From: Candidatus Heimdallarchaeum aukensis
GTDB lineage: Archaea > Asgardarchaeota > Heimdallarchaeia > Heimdallarchaeales > Heimdallarchaeaceae
DNA: 64,000 bases
Direction: 5' to 3'
NCBI GenBank assembly: GCA_021513695.1
Contig: CP084166.1
Location: 128,001 to 192,000, forward strand
Shown: positions 9,819-19,291 of the stretch, piece after piece
Layout of the letters: every line of letters starts with the position of its first letter
Numbering within the stretch: the first letter of the stretch is position 1
Notes under the pieces: generated by a model
What the model saw: the letters and a program-made list of their open reading frames with translations, nothing else
Database searches by the model: none
What the model was told of the DNA's origin: nothing
Translations under genes and position numbers: made by a program

Positions 9819-12758
9819 ATGAAAAAGTCTACACTCTTTTTTCTTCTATCTTTTCTAATTTTAAATATATCAAGTTTAATGTATGGATCATCTAATTCTA
9901 ATGTGAATAAGTATGTTGTTTCTTTAAATAGTAAGAATTTAGATTCTACAGAAGACACAATTTCATACCAAATAGAATCAAGATCTTATTCTCGCTCAAT
10001 TAGGAAAGATACTACAAACTACTATAGTTGGATAGAAAGTAGAAGCCTTTCAAGTGCAAAAGATCTAGCATTCTTCATGCTAGAGCAATTCGATTTTAAC
10101 TCAATACAAGTTACAAATGTTCATGATCTGGCTTTAGTTCACTTTGCAATAGCTTATATTGACCTTTTCTTTGCCACTTACAATCCTGATTATCTTTATA
10201 CAGCTCACTGGATTGTTAATAATAGTCTATTTTTAGATATAAACAAAAATATGATTGCTCTAGATACAAAAACTACCGACTATAAGGTATTTGCCTATGA
10301 TAATCTTTACTTGGTTTTAATGTATGAAAGATTTGCCAAAGCTTATGAAGCAACCTTTGATTTTCTAGTTGCTGATACTTTTTGGACTCTAGCTGATAAT
10401 TTGATGAACAATATTACAACTATTTTTTATGATGAAACTAATCACATTATCAAAGAATATGCTTTTATTTCAAGTACTGATTGGTCTGTTATTAATTCAT
10501 CTAGTTACACAACAGCAGAAATAGCTGGATTATACTCCATGGCTTCTCATGGTCTTAAGGATCCTACAAGCTACCATTCTCAAAGTTATGATGTAATTAA
10601 ATACTATTTCAACAACTATATTCAATATGTGAATCTAGGCGAAGGGTTCGATCGTTGGGCACCACTTAAAGGAACAAATCCGGCGATTAATGATACTCTC
10701 GCATTTACTGGAAGTGTTTTCTTGTCTTCTGCATACTTCTATGAAAGTAAGTACTTAAAGAGTCAAGGAAATACAACTTATGAAGATTTATTCTTTGTAT
10801 ATGGACAATGGTTGTTAGAGGATGCTCTAGCTATATTTTATAATTCAGAATACAATTTGCCGGTGTCAACGTATAACATTACTTCTAGCACTAAAGGAAC
10901 TATTATTTCAGCGTTTGATAGTACATTAGCTGCATTAGCTCTTAGAGAGTTTAATAGATACCATCTAGAGAAATATGGTTTTTCTCCAGGTGAACTTGCT
11001 ATTTCCATAATTACTACAACACAGGGTGTTTTCAAGACAGCTAATTTTTACGATCCTGGATTATCTACAGATCAAGGAATTTTTTCCTATAAAATAGATG
11101 AATATAGGAAAAACCCCTTTGTTATCAATTCAATGGCAATTTCAATGGAATTAAAGAAATATGCGTTAGCAGCTGATTTATCTGTTCCTGAATTTATTTA
11201 TACTAATGAAACTGTTGACATTTTCTGGACTATTTTCTGGAGTGAGAGCACAAATATCTTTAGTTACTCTAATGCCTCTTTTGCTACAAGTTTTGATTTT
11301 ACAATAGACAGTGTTCTTAATTTCACAGCTAACGATACTATAATAATAAATACATTTTCCATTGACGCTGTCCAAGTTACAGAACCCACTAGTTTCTATG
11401 TAAACACTACAGTAAGTGAAGGAGGAGATTACTACCCGAGATTCACCATTTCTATAGGTGAAACAACTGTAATTGATCATGAAAGTAGCATTTACGTTTT
11501 AAGAGAATTAAGGGTATACACTGATCCATCTAGGATTCAAGCGACTCAAGGGGTTGATGAATATTTAGAATTCTCTATCTTATGTGAAGATGAAAAAGGT
11601 ATTTCAGTACCAAAAGTTTCTTTATCTCTAACTTGGCTCGGTAATACTACTAATGTAATTTCAAACAATGCTGGTTCATATGATTTTAAAATGTCAGTGA
11701 AAGATATTTTAGCTCTACCAGAATTTACAAACAATCCTGATGAAAATCCAAGATTTGATTTCGAAATATATGCAACTAAAGATGGGTTCGTTGAATTTTG
11801 GTTAATTAAAACCATAACAATAAGAAGAAATGCTCTTATTCTTGAACTCTCACAAGATTTAGCTGTGAAAAGAGGAAATGATTTGACACTAACTATAGGC
11901 GTACAACCTCAAATACAAACATTAGTTCTTAATCCTAAAGCTTCAATCTATCTGAACGGTGAAGATATTTCAAATGAAGTTTCTCAAAGTATGGACCCAA
12001 GATTTGCTCCGAAGTTAATGCCTATTCCTCTTCCAGCTCAAATAACTTTACCAACAAAAGATTTGAAAGAAAATGCTAATTTAGTTATTGAGATAACAAG
12101 TAATAACTTTCCAACAGAACGTTTTGAGTATGAGATCGAAATAATACCGTTAAACACTTTTGAAGCTATTTATCAATGGTTATCTGACGTGTTCTCATCA
12201 ACTCTAGGGAAAATACTAGGTTCTCTCAGTGTTATTTGGGCAGTTCTGTGGAAACAATTCTCTCTCTATGTTCTACACATTATTAAACGCTGTCCCTATT
12301 GTGGTGAAACAGTGAAAAGAAGATATTCAACTTGTAGATATTGTGGAAACATAATTGATAGGTCAAAGTATGTTCAAACAAAAATGAAATTTTTACCTGA
12401 AGATACAGAGCATGATCATAATCCAAAAAACAATTTTAATCTTGATAAAAATCCAAGTCCAAAAGAAAATCTTAAGTCAAAAGATTCAGGTTTAACTTCA
12501 ATTCCTTTCGATGAGAACACTTATACAGAGCCTAAGTCTCCTTCTGAAGATACTTATACAGAGCCTAAGTCTCCTTCTGAAGATACTTATACAGAGCCTA
12601 AGTCTCCTTCTGAAGATACTTATACAGAGCCTAAGTCTCCTTCTGAAGATACTTATACAGAACCTGAGCCTTCTTCTGAAGATGCTTATACAGAACCTGA
12701 GCCTTCTTCTGAAGATACTTATACAGATTCAGAAAAAGATGAAAGCAATTGGTTTTAG
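9819..12758 (+). CDS. large secreted/surface-anchored protein with a cytoplasmic zinc ribbon and acidic tandem repeats
   Basis: Signal peptide MKKSTLFFLLSFLILNISSLMYG, then an ectodomain of about 800 aa rich in Y/N/S/T. Near the C-terminus there is one TM helix (ILGSLSVIWAVLWKQFSLYVLHII), a zinc ribbon (CPYCGETV...CRYCGN), and 6 repeats of TYTEPKSPSED. The gene ends with TAG. Confidence 0.5.
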   Translation: MKKSTLFFLLSFLILNISSLMYGSSNSNVNKYVVSLNSKNLDSTEDTISYQIESRSYSRSIRKDTTNYYSWIESRSLSSAKDLAFFMLEQFDFNSIQVTNVHDLALVHFAIAYIDLFFATYNPDYLYTAHWIVNNSLFLDINKNMIALDTKTTDYKVFAYDNLYLVLMYERFAKAYEATFDFLVADTFWTLADNLMNNITTIFYDETNHIIKEYAFISSTDWSVINSSSYTTAEIAGLYSMASHGLKDPTSYHSQSYDVIKYYFNNYIQYVNLGEGFDRWAPLKGTNPAINDTLAFTGSVFLSSAYFYESKYLKSQGNTTYEDLFFVYGQWLLEDALAIFYNSEYNLPVSTYNITSSTKGTIISAFDSTLAALALREFNRYHLEKYGFSPGELAISIITTTQGVFKTANFYDPGLSTDQGIFSYKIDEYRKNPFVINSMAISMELKKYALAADLSVPEFIYTNETVDIFWTIFWSESTNIFSYSNASFATSFDFTIDSVLNFTANDTIIINTFSIDAVQVTEPTSFYVNTTVSEGGDYYPRFTISIGETTVIDHESSIYVLRELRVYTDPSRIQATQGVDEYLEFSILCEDEKGISVPKVSLSLTWLGNTTNVISNNAGSYDFKMSVKDILALPEFTNNPDENPRFDFEIYATKDGFVEFWLIKTITIRRNALILELSQDLAVKRGNDLTLTIGVQPQIQTLVLNPKASIYLNGEDISNEVSQSMDPRFAPKLMPIPLPAQITLPTKDLKENANLVIEITSNNFPTERFEYEIEIIPLNTFEAIYQWLSDVFSSTLGKILGSLSVIWAVLWKQFSLYVLHIIKRCPYCGETVKRRYSTCRYCGNIIDRSKYVQTKMKFLPEDTEHDHNPKNNFNLDKNPSPKENLKSKDSGLTSIPFDENTYTEPKSPSEDTYTEPKSPSEDTYTEPKSPSEDTYTEPKSPSEDTYTEPEPSSEDAYTEPEPSSEDTYTDSEKDESNWF
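12519..12716 (+). repeat. 33-bp tandem repeat, 6 units (4 identical, 2 variant)
   Basis: The unit acttatacagagcctaagtctccttctgaagat is directly reiterated and encodes the TYTEPKSPSED repeats at the C-terminus of the 9819..12758 protein. Confidence 0.9.
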
Positions 12759-12772
12759 TTTAAGATTAAAAT

Positions 12773-14098
12773 TTACTCAAAACTTTCAATTATTCCTTTT
12801 TTTATTATTTCATTTTTACATTCTTCAGGACAGATAAGTAGGCTATTATGTTTTGGTTTAGATAGACTTTGAACCACTTCTGATACTTCTGAAAGCTGTT
12901 TAACTGTTCCATCTTTCATTTTAACTAAAATTGCATTTCTATTTTTTTCTTCATATGGAGTATAGTATCTTGAATAAAAACTATCAATTCCCCAAAATTC
13001 TTTAGGATAATTAAATTTTTCAATTATTCTATCTATCTCATCGCTGTTTTTAAGCAATTTATTTGCAGTTTCTTTAGTAATTGGTATACTCTTAAACAAT
13101 TTTCTTCTTAACAATCTTTTTGCAAGATCTTCTAGAACTTTATTTTCTTCCTCTTTCAGTGCTGATAACTGAATTTGCGTATAAATTGTATCATCGGTTA
13201 AAGGTAACATTGTTTTCCAATACGGATTTTTAATGAAATTTTCAAGAAAAGGTAGTAGTACAATCTCAATTCCTTCTTCTTCACTTCTTATTAGTTCATA
13301 AATAAATGTTTTAACCATGAATTCCCAACATCTAACAGTTTTATGAAAATAAACTCTCGCAAATTGCATGTATCTAGCAACAACAATTTGTTCAACAGAT
13401 TGTAATCCTTTCTCTTTAATAATAATATTTCCATCATTAGAGATATTTAGCATAGCAATAAGCCTATCAATGTTGTATAAACCATAAGAAACGCCTGTTT
13501 CTAATGAATCTCGCATCAGATAGTCAATACTATCTCCATCAAGTTGAGATGCAATTATCTGGTTTAGAAAAGGTTTCCCTTCTATTTCTTTTCCAATAAT
13601 CAAGTGGGCAATTTTTCGTTTATTAAATCCTTTTTCTTTTAATATCTTTCCAATCTCAGATTCGTCAGATAGAACTATCTGTTCTGTAATGTTTTCATGT
13701 TTTTGGAATGGTTTAAACTTTTTAACGTTTTTTTCATTTTTGCAGAATTTAGTAAATATATCTTCAAACATGTGACTAAAAGGACCATGACCTATATCAT
13801 GAATCAAGGAAGCTATTCTAACATAATCAACATCTTCCTCTGAAACTATATCAGAGTGTTTATGTTTTAGTGATGTGATCATCCTGTTAGCTATATGAAA
13901 AGCTCCTAAACTATGTGCAAATCTACTGTGAGTGGCAGAAGGATATGAAATTTGTACTCCACCTAGTTGTCCTAATCTTCTTAACCTCTGAAACTCTGAA
14001 GTGTCTATTAAGTTTAAATAAAATTTATCAGGAATAGAGATATATTTATGGACTGAATCAGCGATTTGAACGATTTTACTATTCGTGTTAAAACTCAT
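12773..14098 (-). CDS. HD-domain phosphohydrolase (dGTPase/SAMHD1-like, COG1078-type)
   Basis: Contains RFAHSLGAFHIANRM and LIHDIGHGPFSHMFE, the H...HD metal-binding motifs of HD-superfamily dNTP triphosphohydrolases. 441 aa. Confidence 0.7.
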   Translation of the reverse strand: MSFNTNSKIVQIADSVHKYISIPDKFYLNLIDTSEFQRLRRLGQLGGVQISYPSATHSRFAHSLGAFHIANRMITSLKHKHSDIVSEEDVDYVRIASLIHDIGHGPFSHMFEDIFTKFCKNEKNVKKFKPFQKHENITEQIVLSDESEIGKILKEKGFNKRKIAHLIIGKEIEGKPFLNQIIASQLDGDSIDYLMRDSLETGVSYGLYNIDRLIAMLNISNDGNIIIKEKGLQSVEQIVVARYMQFARVYFHKTVRCWEFMVKTFIYELIRSEEEGIEIVLLPFLENFIKNPYWKTMLPLTDDTIYTQIQLSALKEEENKVLEDLAKRLLRRKLFKSIPITKETANKLLKNSDEIDRIIEKFNYPKEFWGIDSFYSRYYTPYEEKNRNAILVKMKDGTVKQLSEVSEVVQSLSKPKHNSLLICPEECKNEIIKKGIIESFE

Positions 14099-14192
14099 TA
14101 TTTTACAATTTTTAAAGAACTAAAAAACATTTGTTTTTTTACTAATTTCATTTGAAAAATTTAATATATCTTTAGCCAATGTTCTCTTCAAG

Positions 14193-15518
14193 ATGAATAT
14201 TGCAGTAATAGGAACAGGTTATGTAGGACTGGTAACTGGAACTTGTTTTGCATCAAAGGGGCATAAAGTCACTTGTGTAGATGTTATTCCAGAGAAAGTG
14301 GAAAAAATCAATAAAGGGATACCACCTATTTATGAAAAAGATTTAGACAGAATGTTGAAAGAAGTTGTAGAAGAAGGTTACTTAAAAGCTACTCTAGATT
14401 TATCTGAAGCTGTAGCCAACTCTGAGATAATTTACATTTGTGTTGGAACACCTTCTCTTCCTGATGGTTCAATGGACTATACCTATGTGAGAGAAGCTGC
14501 AAAAGGTATAGCCCAAGAACTAAAAAAAAGTGAAGAATTCAAGGTAATTGTAGTTAAAAGTACTTGTGTTCCGGGAACTACTGATGAAATAGGTAAAACA
14601 ATAATTGAAAAAGAGAGTGGAAAAAAACTTAATATAGACTTCGGATTAGGAATGAATCCTGAATTTTTAAGAGAAGGAGTAGCTATAAATGATTTCCTTT
14701 ATCCTGATAGAATAGTTATTGGGGGATCAAATAGAGAAACACAAAATACAATCGCTAAATGTTATGAGGGATTTGATGCTCCTATTCTGTTTACAGATAA
14801 TACAGCAGCAGAAATGATAAAATATGCGTCAAACTCATTTTTAGCAATGAAAATCTCGTTTATTAACGAAATGGCCAATTTAGCAGAGAAATTTGGAGTA
14901 GATATTGTTGATGTAGCTAAAGGAGTTGGAATGGATCATAGAATATCAGACAAATTTTTGCGCGCAGGGGCAGGGTTCGGAGGAAGTTGTTTTCCAAAGG
15001 ATGTTAGTGCACTATATGTTAAATCAAAAGAACTAAAACAACCTTCGATGTTGTTAGAAGCAACTCTAGCGGTAAATAAAAAACAGCCACTTAGACTTGT
15101 AGATTTGCTTAAAAAAGGTCTAGAAACTGAAGAAATCAAAGGTAAAACAATAGGACTTTTAGGTTTAGCTTTTAAACCTGATACTGATGATATGAGAGAA
15201 GCTCCTTCTTTAATTCTAATAAATAAATTATTAGAAGAAGGTGCAACAATAAAAGCAACAGATCCTATAGCCCTAGAGAACGCCAAAAAAGAAATTACAC
15301 ATGAAAAATTAATTTACTGTGAAAATGTAGAGGATGCTGTTAAAGAGACAGATGCAGTTATTTTGATCACAGAATGGAAAGAATTCAGGGATCTGAATGC
15401 AGAATTCTTTATCGAAAATATGGAAAATCCAATAATTATTGATGGAAGAAGAGCATTTGACTATAGACAATTTAGAGAAAAAGGAATAAAGATCCTAGCC
15501 ATAGGTCTGGGTAAATAA
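14193..15518 (+). CDS. nucleotide-sugar 6-dehydrogenase (UDP-glucose/GDP-mannose dehydrogenase family)
   Basis: MNIAVIGTGYVGLVTGTCFA is an N-terminal NAD-binding motif, and there is a catalytic GGSCFPKD-type region (AGFGGSCFPKDV). 441 aa, typical for Ugd/WecC. Confidence 0.8.
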   Translation: MNIAVIGTGYVGLVTGTCFASKGHKVTCVDVIPEKVEKINKGIPPIYEKDLDRMLKEVVEEGYLKATLDLSEAVANSEIIYICVGTPSLPDGSMDYTYVREAAKGIAQELKKSEEFKVIVVKSTCVPGTTDEIGKTIIEKESGKKLNIDFGLGMNPEFLREGVAINDFLYPDRIVIGGSNRETQNTIAKCYEGFDAPILFTDNTAAEMIKYASNSFLAMKISFINEMANLAEKFGVDIVDVAKGVGMDHRISDKFLRAGAGFGGSCFPKDVSALYVKSKELKQPSMLLEATLAVNKKQPLRLVDLLKKGLETEEIKGKTIGLLGLAFKPDTDDMREAPSLILINKLLEEGATIKATDPIALENAKKEITHEKLIYCENVEDAVKETDAVILITEWKEFRDLNAEFFIENMENPIIIDGRRAFDYRQFREKGIKILAIGLGK

Positions 15519-15537
15519 CTTTTATTTTTTTTAGTTT

Positions 15538-16911
15538 TTATGTTTCATCTTCAGCGACTGTATCTTGAACAACTGTAGCATCTAAATCTTCTTCAAATGC
15601 GTGTAAATATTTCTCCTTTTCAAAGAAGAATTTATCTCCGTGTAAAGGTTCAAGTTGATCTATCCAAGTTGCTTTCTCATTGAACTTAGCAAAGAAAGGT
15701 TTGCCTACCCATTCAGGGTTCCGAGCTTGAATGAATCTTAAAACAAAAATATCTTTATCATTATCCAGTTTATTTACGCCCAAGACATGTATTTTACCGT
15801 ATAAAGAACTCATTACAGGTCCTCTAACTGTTCGTGATAGACCAGAAACTGAACTGTAAGCTTTTATGTAAATTTTCCATGCATCAGATAATGAAACTTC
15901 AAAGAAGTGTCTTGCACCTGTGTCTCTAGCTATAAACATATAATAAGGAATCATTCCTAAATTGACCTGTTTAAACCACATTTCAGACCATACTTCTGGA
16001 GAATCGTTGATATGTTTAAGAATTGGTGATTGAGTTCTTATTACAGCACCAGTCTTTAAAATTCTCTTTATTGCTTCTTTAACAGCTTCTGTTTTCAGTT
16101 CGTTTGGATGGTTGAAATGAGCCATAAAAGCTAAATGTTTTTTATTTTCAACTATCTCAGAAAATAGCTCCAGAATGTCTTCATGGTCTTTGTCACTTAA
16201 ATATCTATAAGGCCAGTAACTTAATGTTTTGGAACCTATTCTTATACGTTTAAGATGTTTAATATCAGCTTCTAGAATTGGGTCAATGTACCTACGTAAA
16301 ACACTTGCTTGCATTATCATAGGGTCTCCACCGGTAATAAGGAGATCTTGAACTTCTTGGTGCATTTGTAAATAATCCACAAGCTTATCAGGATTCCTTA
16401 AACTCATCTTCCACTCTTTTTCTTTAATAAATTGAGGCCATCGGAAGCAAAAAGTACAGTAAGCATGACATGTTTGACCTTGAATAGGAAAAACTAAAGC
16501 TGTTTCTCTGTATTTATGTTGAATACCTTCAACAATTTCTCCTTGAAATTTAGGAATATTGTATTCAAGCTGTCCTGCTGGATGAGGATTTAGTTGCAAA
16601 TGTATTTGATGTATATAGTGAAAAAGTTCTTTTTTGTCTCCTTTCTGATAAATTTCCTTTAGGTTATCAAACTCATTATGAGGTAGCATCTTTTTATGAG
16701 GGAAATTTAGCAAGAAAATAGGATCTGATTTATAATATTCCCAGTCGATCAGTTCTTCCATAACATAATTATTGGTTTTAAAAGGAAAAACTAATGAAAG
16801 AAGTTTAATCTCTTCTATAACTTCTTTAGGAAGATTATTCTCTTCTGCTATTTTTTCTATATCTTTTCTCAAATATGCTTTATACCTTTTTTGAAACTCC
16901 ATTAAATTCAC
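15538..16911 (-). CDS. KamA-family radical SAM aminomutase (lysine 2,3-aminomutase-like)
   Basis: CHAYCTFCFRWPQF is the CxxxCxxC cluster, which sits in a KamA-like context. Length and conserved blocks match lysine/glutamate 2,3-aminomutases. Confidence 0.65.
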   Translation of the reverse strand: MNLMEFQKRYKAYLRKDIEKIAEENNLPKEVIEEIKLLSLVFPFKTNNYVMEELIDWEYYKSDPIFLLNFPHKKMLPHNEFDNLKEIYQKGDKKELFHYIHQIHLQLNPHPAGQLEYNIPKFQGEIVEGIQHKYRETALVFPIQGQTCHAYCTFCFRWPQFIKEKEWKMSLRNPDKLVDYLQMHQEVQDLLITGGDPMIMQASVLRRYIDPILEADIKHLKRIRIGSKTLSYWPYRYLSDKDHEDILELFSEIVENKKHLAFMAHFNHPNELKTEAVKEAIKRILKTGAVIRTQSPILKHINDSPEVWSEMWFKQVNLGMIPYYMFIARDTGARHFFEVSLSDAWKIYIKAYSSVSGLSRTVRGPVMSSLYGKIHVLGVNKLDNDKDIFVLRFIQARNPEWVGKPFFAKFNEKATWIDQLEPLHGDKFFFEKEKYLHAFEEDLDATVVQDTVAEDET

Positions 16912-17112
16912 CTACAAACAACAATGTGAGGAATTAACAATTAGAAATTAAACTAAAAGCATTAAATGGCCCTCTCAAGATTGTTTACTTCTCATTACTT
17001 AAATAATTTATCATAGAAATCTTAATAAATAATTAAAGTCCTTTTTATAATTATAAATCCATAAAAAAAAACATTGTTGTCTATTGAAAAATTAGTGGGG
17101 TTAATGGATTAT

Positions 17113-19200
17113 TTAAACACTCATTGTGAGGGTTTCATTAAATTGAGGGACAACTAGATCTTTGTGTTTAATAGTAATATTCTCTGGAGTATGAACCATT
17201 ATTTTCTTCCCATTAAGTTCTGAAATAAACTTATCCAAATTTCTAGGAGTAGTGTGTCCACTTATTTGTAGATTGTAAATTTGCTGAGAGTATTGATTTA
17301 AAGCTACAGGATGATTTGTTTTTAATGAGTAGCCTAAAGTTTCAGGGGCTTGATAACCACAGATTATTACTCCAACATCATCATTATCTCTTGTTTCATC
17401 TAAGAGCAATCTAGAGGTTCCTCCTTGAAGCATTCCATTTCCTGCAATTACAATATCTCCATCTTCAAATTCGTCAGCGTTCATACTTTTTAGTAATGTA
17501 TGATCTCCTGAAATACCCATTAATTTTGTTATTTCACTAGCTAACCCAACAATTTTTACATTGTGTTCTTTTGTTAAACGTAGTTTTTCTAAAAGTGTAT
17601 ACATTTCCTGTGCTCTTCCAACAGAAAAAGCTGGGATAATTACCTTTTTATTCTGTTTAACGGCATTTAAAACAGTTGTTTCATTATCAACCTTTTTTAG
17701 ATTTCTATTATAGTATGTTCCATCAAAAATGGTTACATCGGCATCGGTAGGAAATTCAGCTCCTTTGAAAAGATAACTTTTTTCTACTTTAAAATCTCCA
17801 GTAAACAAAATTCTCTTTCCGAATATTTCAATTAAATATCCATAACTTCCAAATACATGAGAAGAAGGAATAGGAGTAATTAAGAACTCAGGAGAAATCT
17901 CTATAGATTTTTTAGGTTTAAGTGGATTAAATCTATTAAAGAAATGAATTAATGTTGATTCACTTTTTATTGCTTTTAGGTATGGTGATAATAACTTTTC
18001 ATCAGGTATTCCTTTTAACATTGTTGAAGTGTTGAAAAGTAACTTTTCTCCTATTACTTTTGTATTTACACTTCCATACCATCTTTTTTCTTCATCAATA
18101 TTTACTAAATAAGGTAGAGCTCCAATATGATCTAAATGAGCATGGGTCACAAGTATTGCTTTCACAGTTCTCAAAGAAGGATGCCATCGAGGAATAGAAT
18201 AGTTGCTAACACTCATCCCATAATCTAGTAAAATGGCATCGTTATTATGTTGAATAAGTATAGCCATATTTCCAATTCCTCCACCACCTAAAAATGTAAT
18301 TCGTACTTTTTGGGCTAGTTTATGGCAAGAATAAGCTTTTTTCGAAGCAAATTCTTTAATTAACTTTGGAGGAGTATTTGCTAATTCTTCTAATTTTACT
18401 ATTCTAGGTTCTACTTTTTCTCTTATTTTCTCAAAGAATGGTTTGTATGTAATGGGGACAATTGGGTATTTACTTTTATTTAAAAGATTTTCAATCTTTT
18501 TTTGAACTTCTGGAATTGATGTTTTTTTATCCAGAGAAAGTTCTGAAATAATAAATTCACTATATCTTAAATCTAGTTCAGATAGTAGCTTATAATCTAT
18601 AAAAAAATCTAGAAATTCTAGCACTTCTGTAGGAAAATTTGGAATAAATTCTTCTAAATAGTTAGATTTTTCTTGTAATAGCTTAACCATTTTTTCTAAT
18701 TTTTCTGCTAATTCCTGAGTTTTTTGGTTGATGGTAAATGGTACGTTTAGTTTTTCTAAAATAGCGATGAATTCTGAAAAAGATCTAGGTTTTATACCCA
18801 TATCTCTACAAAAGTTTAGATACTGAAAGTAATCAATCTCTCTTTTTTTTACTTTCTTGGTTGAATAAATTAGAAAGAACAATATTATATTTTCATGTTT
18901 CAGACTATCTGTAAGCTGTAAATGTTGAAAAACCTCCTTTACAAGTTTAATATCGATTAAATCCTTTGCATACAAAGTAAATAAAACAGCAAGAAATTGT
19001 TCTCTTTGTTCTATGTCAATAGGTGTATTCCATGAAAGATTGAAGATATCTCCTATTGTTTTTGGGATTTCTTCAATTTCTCCTTTTTCTAGTATTCTAC
19101 TAAAATGTTTAACTTGCGTAATTAACTCTTCTTCTATTTGGGGTTCCTTTTCACCATTTAACAAAAATTCAATAATATTTTTTCCTGCTTGAATACTCAT
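17113..19200 (-). CDS. beta-CASP metallo-beta-lactamase ribonuclease (aCPSF/RNase J-like) with a novel N-terminal helical extension of about 300 aa
   Basis: HAHLDHIGALPYL is the MBL HxHxDH motif. IIPAFSVGRAQE is beta-CASP motif A. ISGHTTPRNL carries the motif C histidine. The N-terminal 300 aa have no KH or other recognisable domain. Confidence 0.6.
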   Translation of the reverse strand: MSIQAGKNIIEFLLNGEKEPQIEEELITQVKHFSRILEKGEIEEIPKTIGDIFNLSWNTPIDIEQREQFLAVLFTLYAKDLIDIKLVKEVFQHLQLTDSLKHENIILFFLIYSTKKVKKREIDYFQYLNFCRDMGIKPRSFSEFIAILEKLNVPFTINQKTQELAEKLEKMVKLLQEKSNYLEEFIPNFPTEVLEFLDFFIDYKLLSELDLRYSEFIISELSLDKKTSIPEVQKKIENLLNKSKYPIVPITYKPFFEKIREKVEPRIVKLEELANTPPKLIKEFASKKAYSCHKLAQKVRITFLGGGGIGNMAILIQHNNDAILLDYGMSVSNYSIPRWHPSLRTVKAILVTHAHLDHIGALPYLVNIDEEKRWYGSVNTKVIGEKLLFNTSTMLKGIPDEKLLSPYLKAIKSESTLIHFFNRFNPLKPKKSIEISPEFLITPIPSSHVFGSYGYLIEIFGKRILFTGDFKVEKSYLFKGAEFPTDADVTIFDGTYYNRNLKKVDNETTVLNAVKQNKKVIIPAFSVGRAQEMYTLLEKLRLTKEHNVKIVGLASEITKLMGISGDHTLLKSMNADEFEDGDIVIAGNGMLQGGTSRLLLDETRDNDDVGVIICGYQAPETLGYSLKTNHPVALNQYSQQIYNLQISGHTTPRNLDKFISELNGKKIMVHTPENITIKHKDLVVPQFNETLTMSV

Positions 19201-19291
19201 TTTTCTATCACATAAGTTGGAAATTAATTAAAGTCAAAGATAATATAGACACATAGCTAATAATAAAAGGAAATGAAGAGTAAGAAAATAA

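Noticed and set aside
6586-11815. Short antisense ORFs 6586..6846, 8526..8840, 10838..11035, 11178..11480, 11546..11815
   Set aside because: Each lies within and opposite to a long, well-supported coding region. In AT-rich DNA such ORFs occur by chance.
12519-12716. Possible CRISPR array (regular short repeats)
   Set aside because: The units are contiguous with no spacers, lie inside a coding frame (TYTEPKSPSED), and no cas genes are nearby. It is a coding tandem repeat.
12511-12837. 108-aa ORF (MRTLIQSLSLLLKILIQ... repeats) on the + strand
   Set aside because: It is an alternative-frame reading of the 33-bp tandem repeat inside the 3' end of the 9819..12758 gene. The periodic low-complexity translation is an artefact.
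14936-15286. 116-aa ORF antisense to the nucleotide-sugar dehydrogenase gene
   Set aside because: Embedded antisense in a high-confidence gene.
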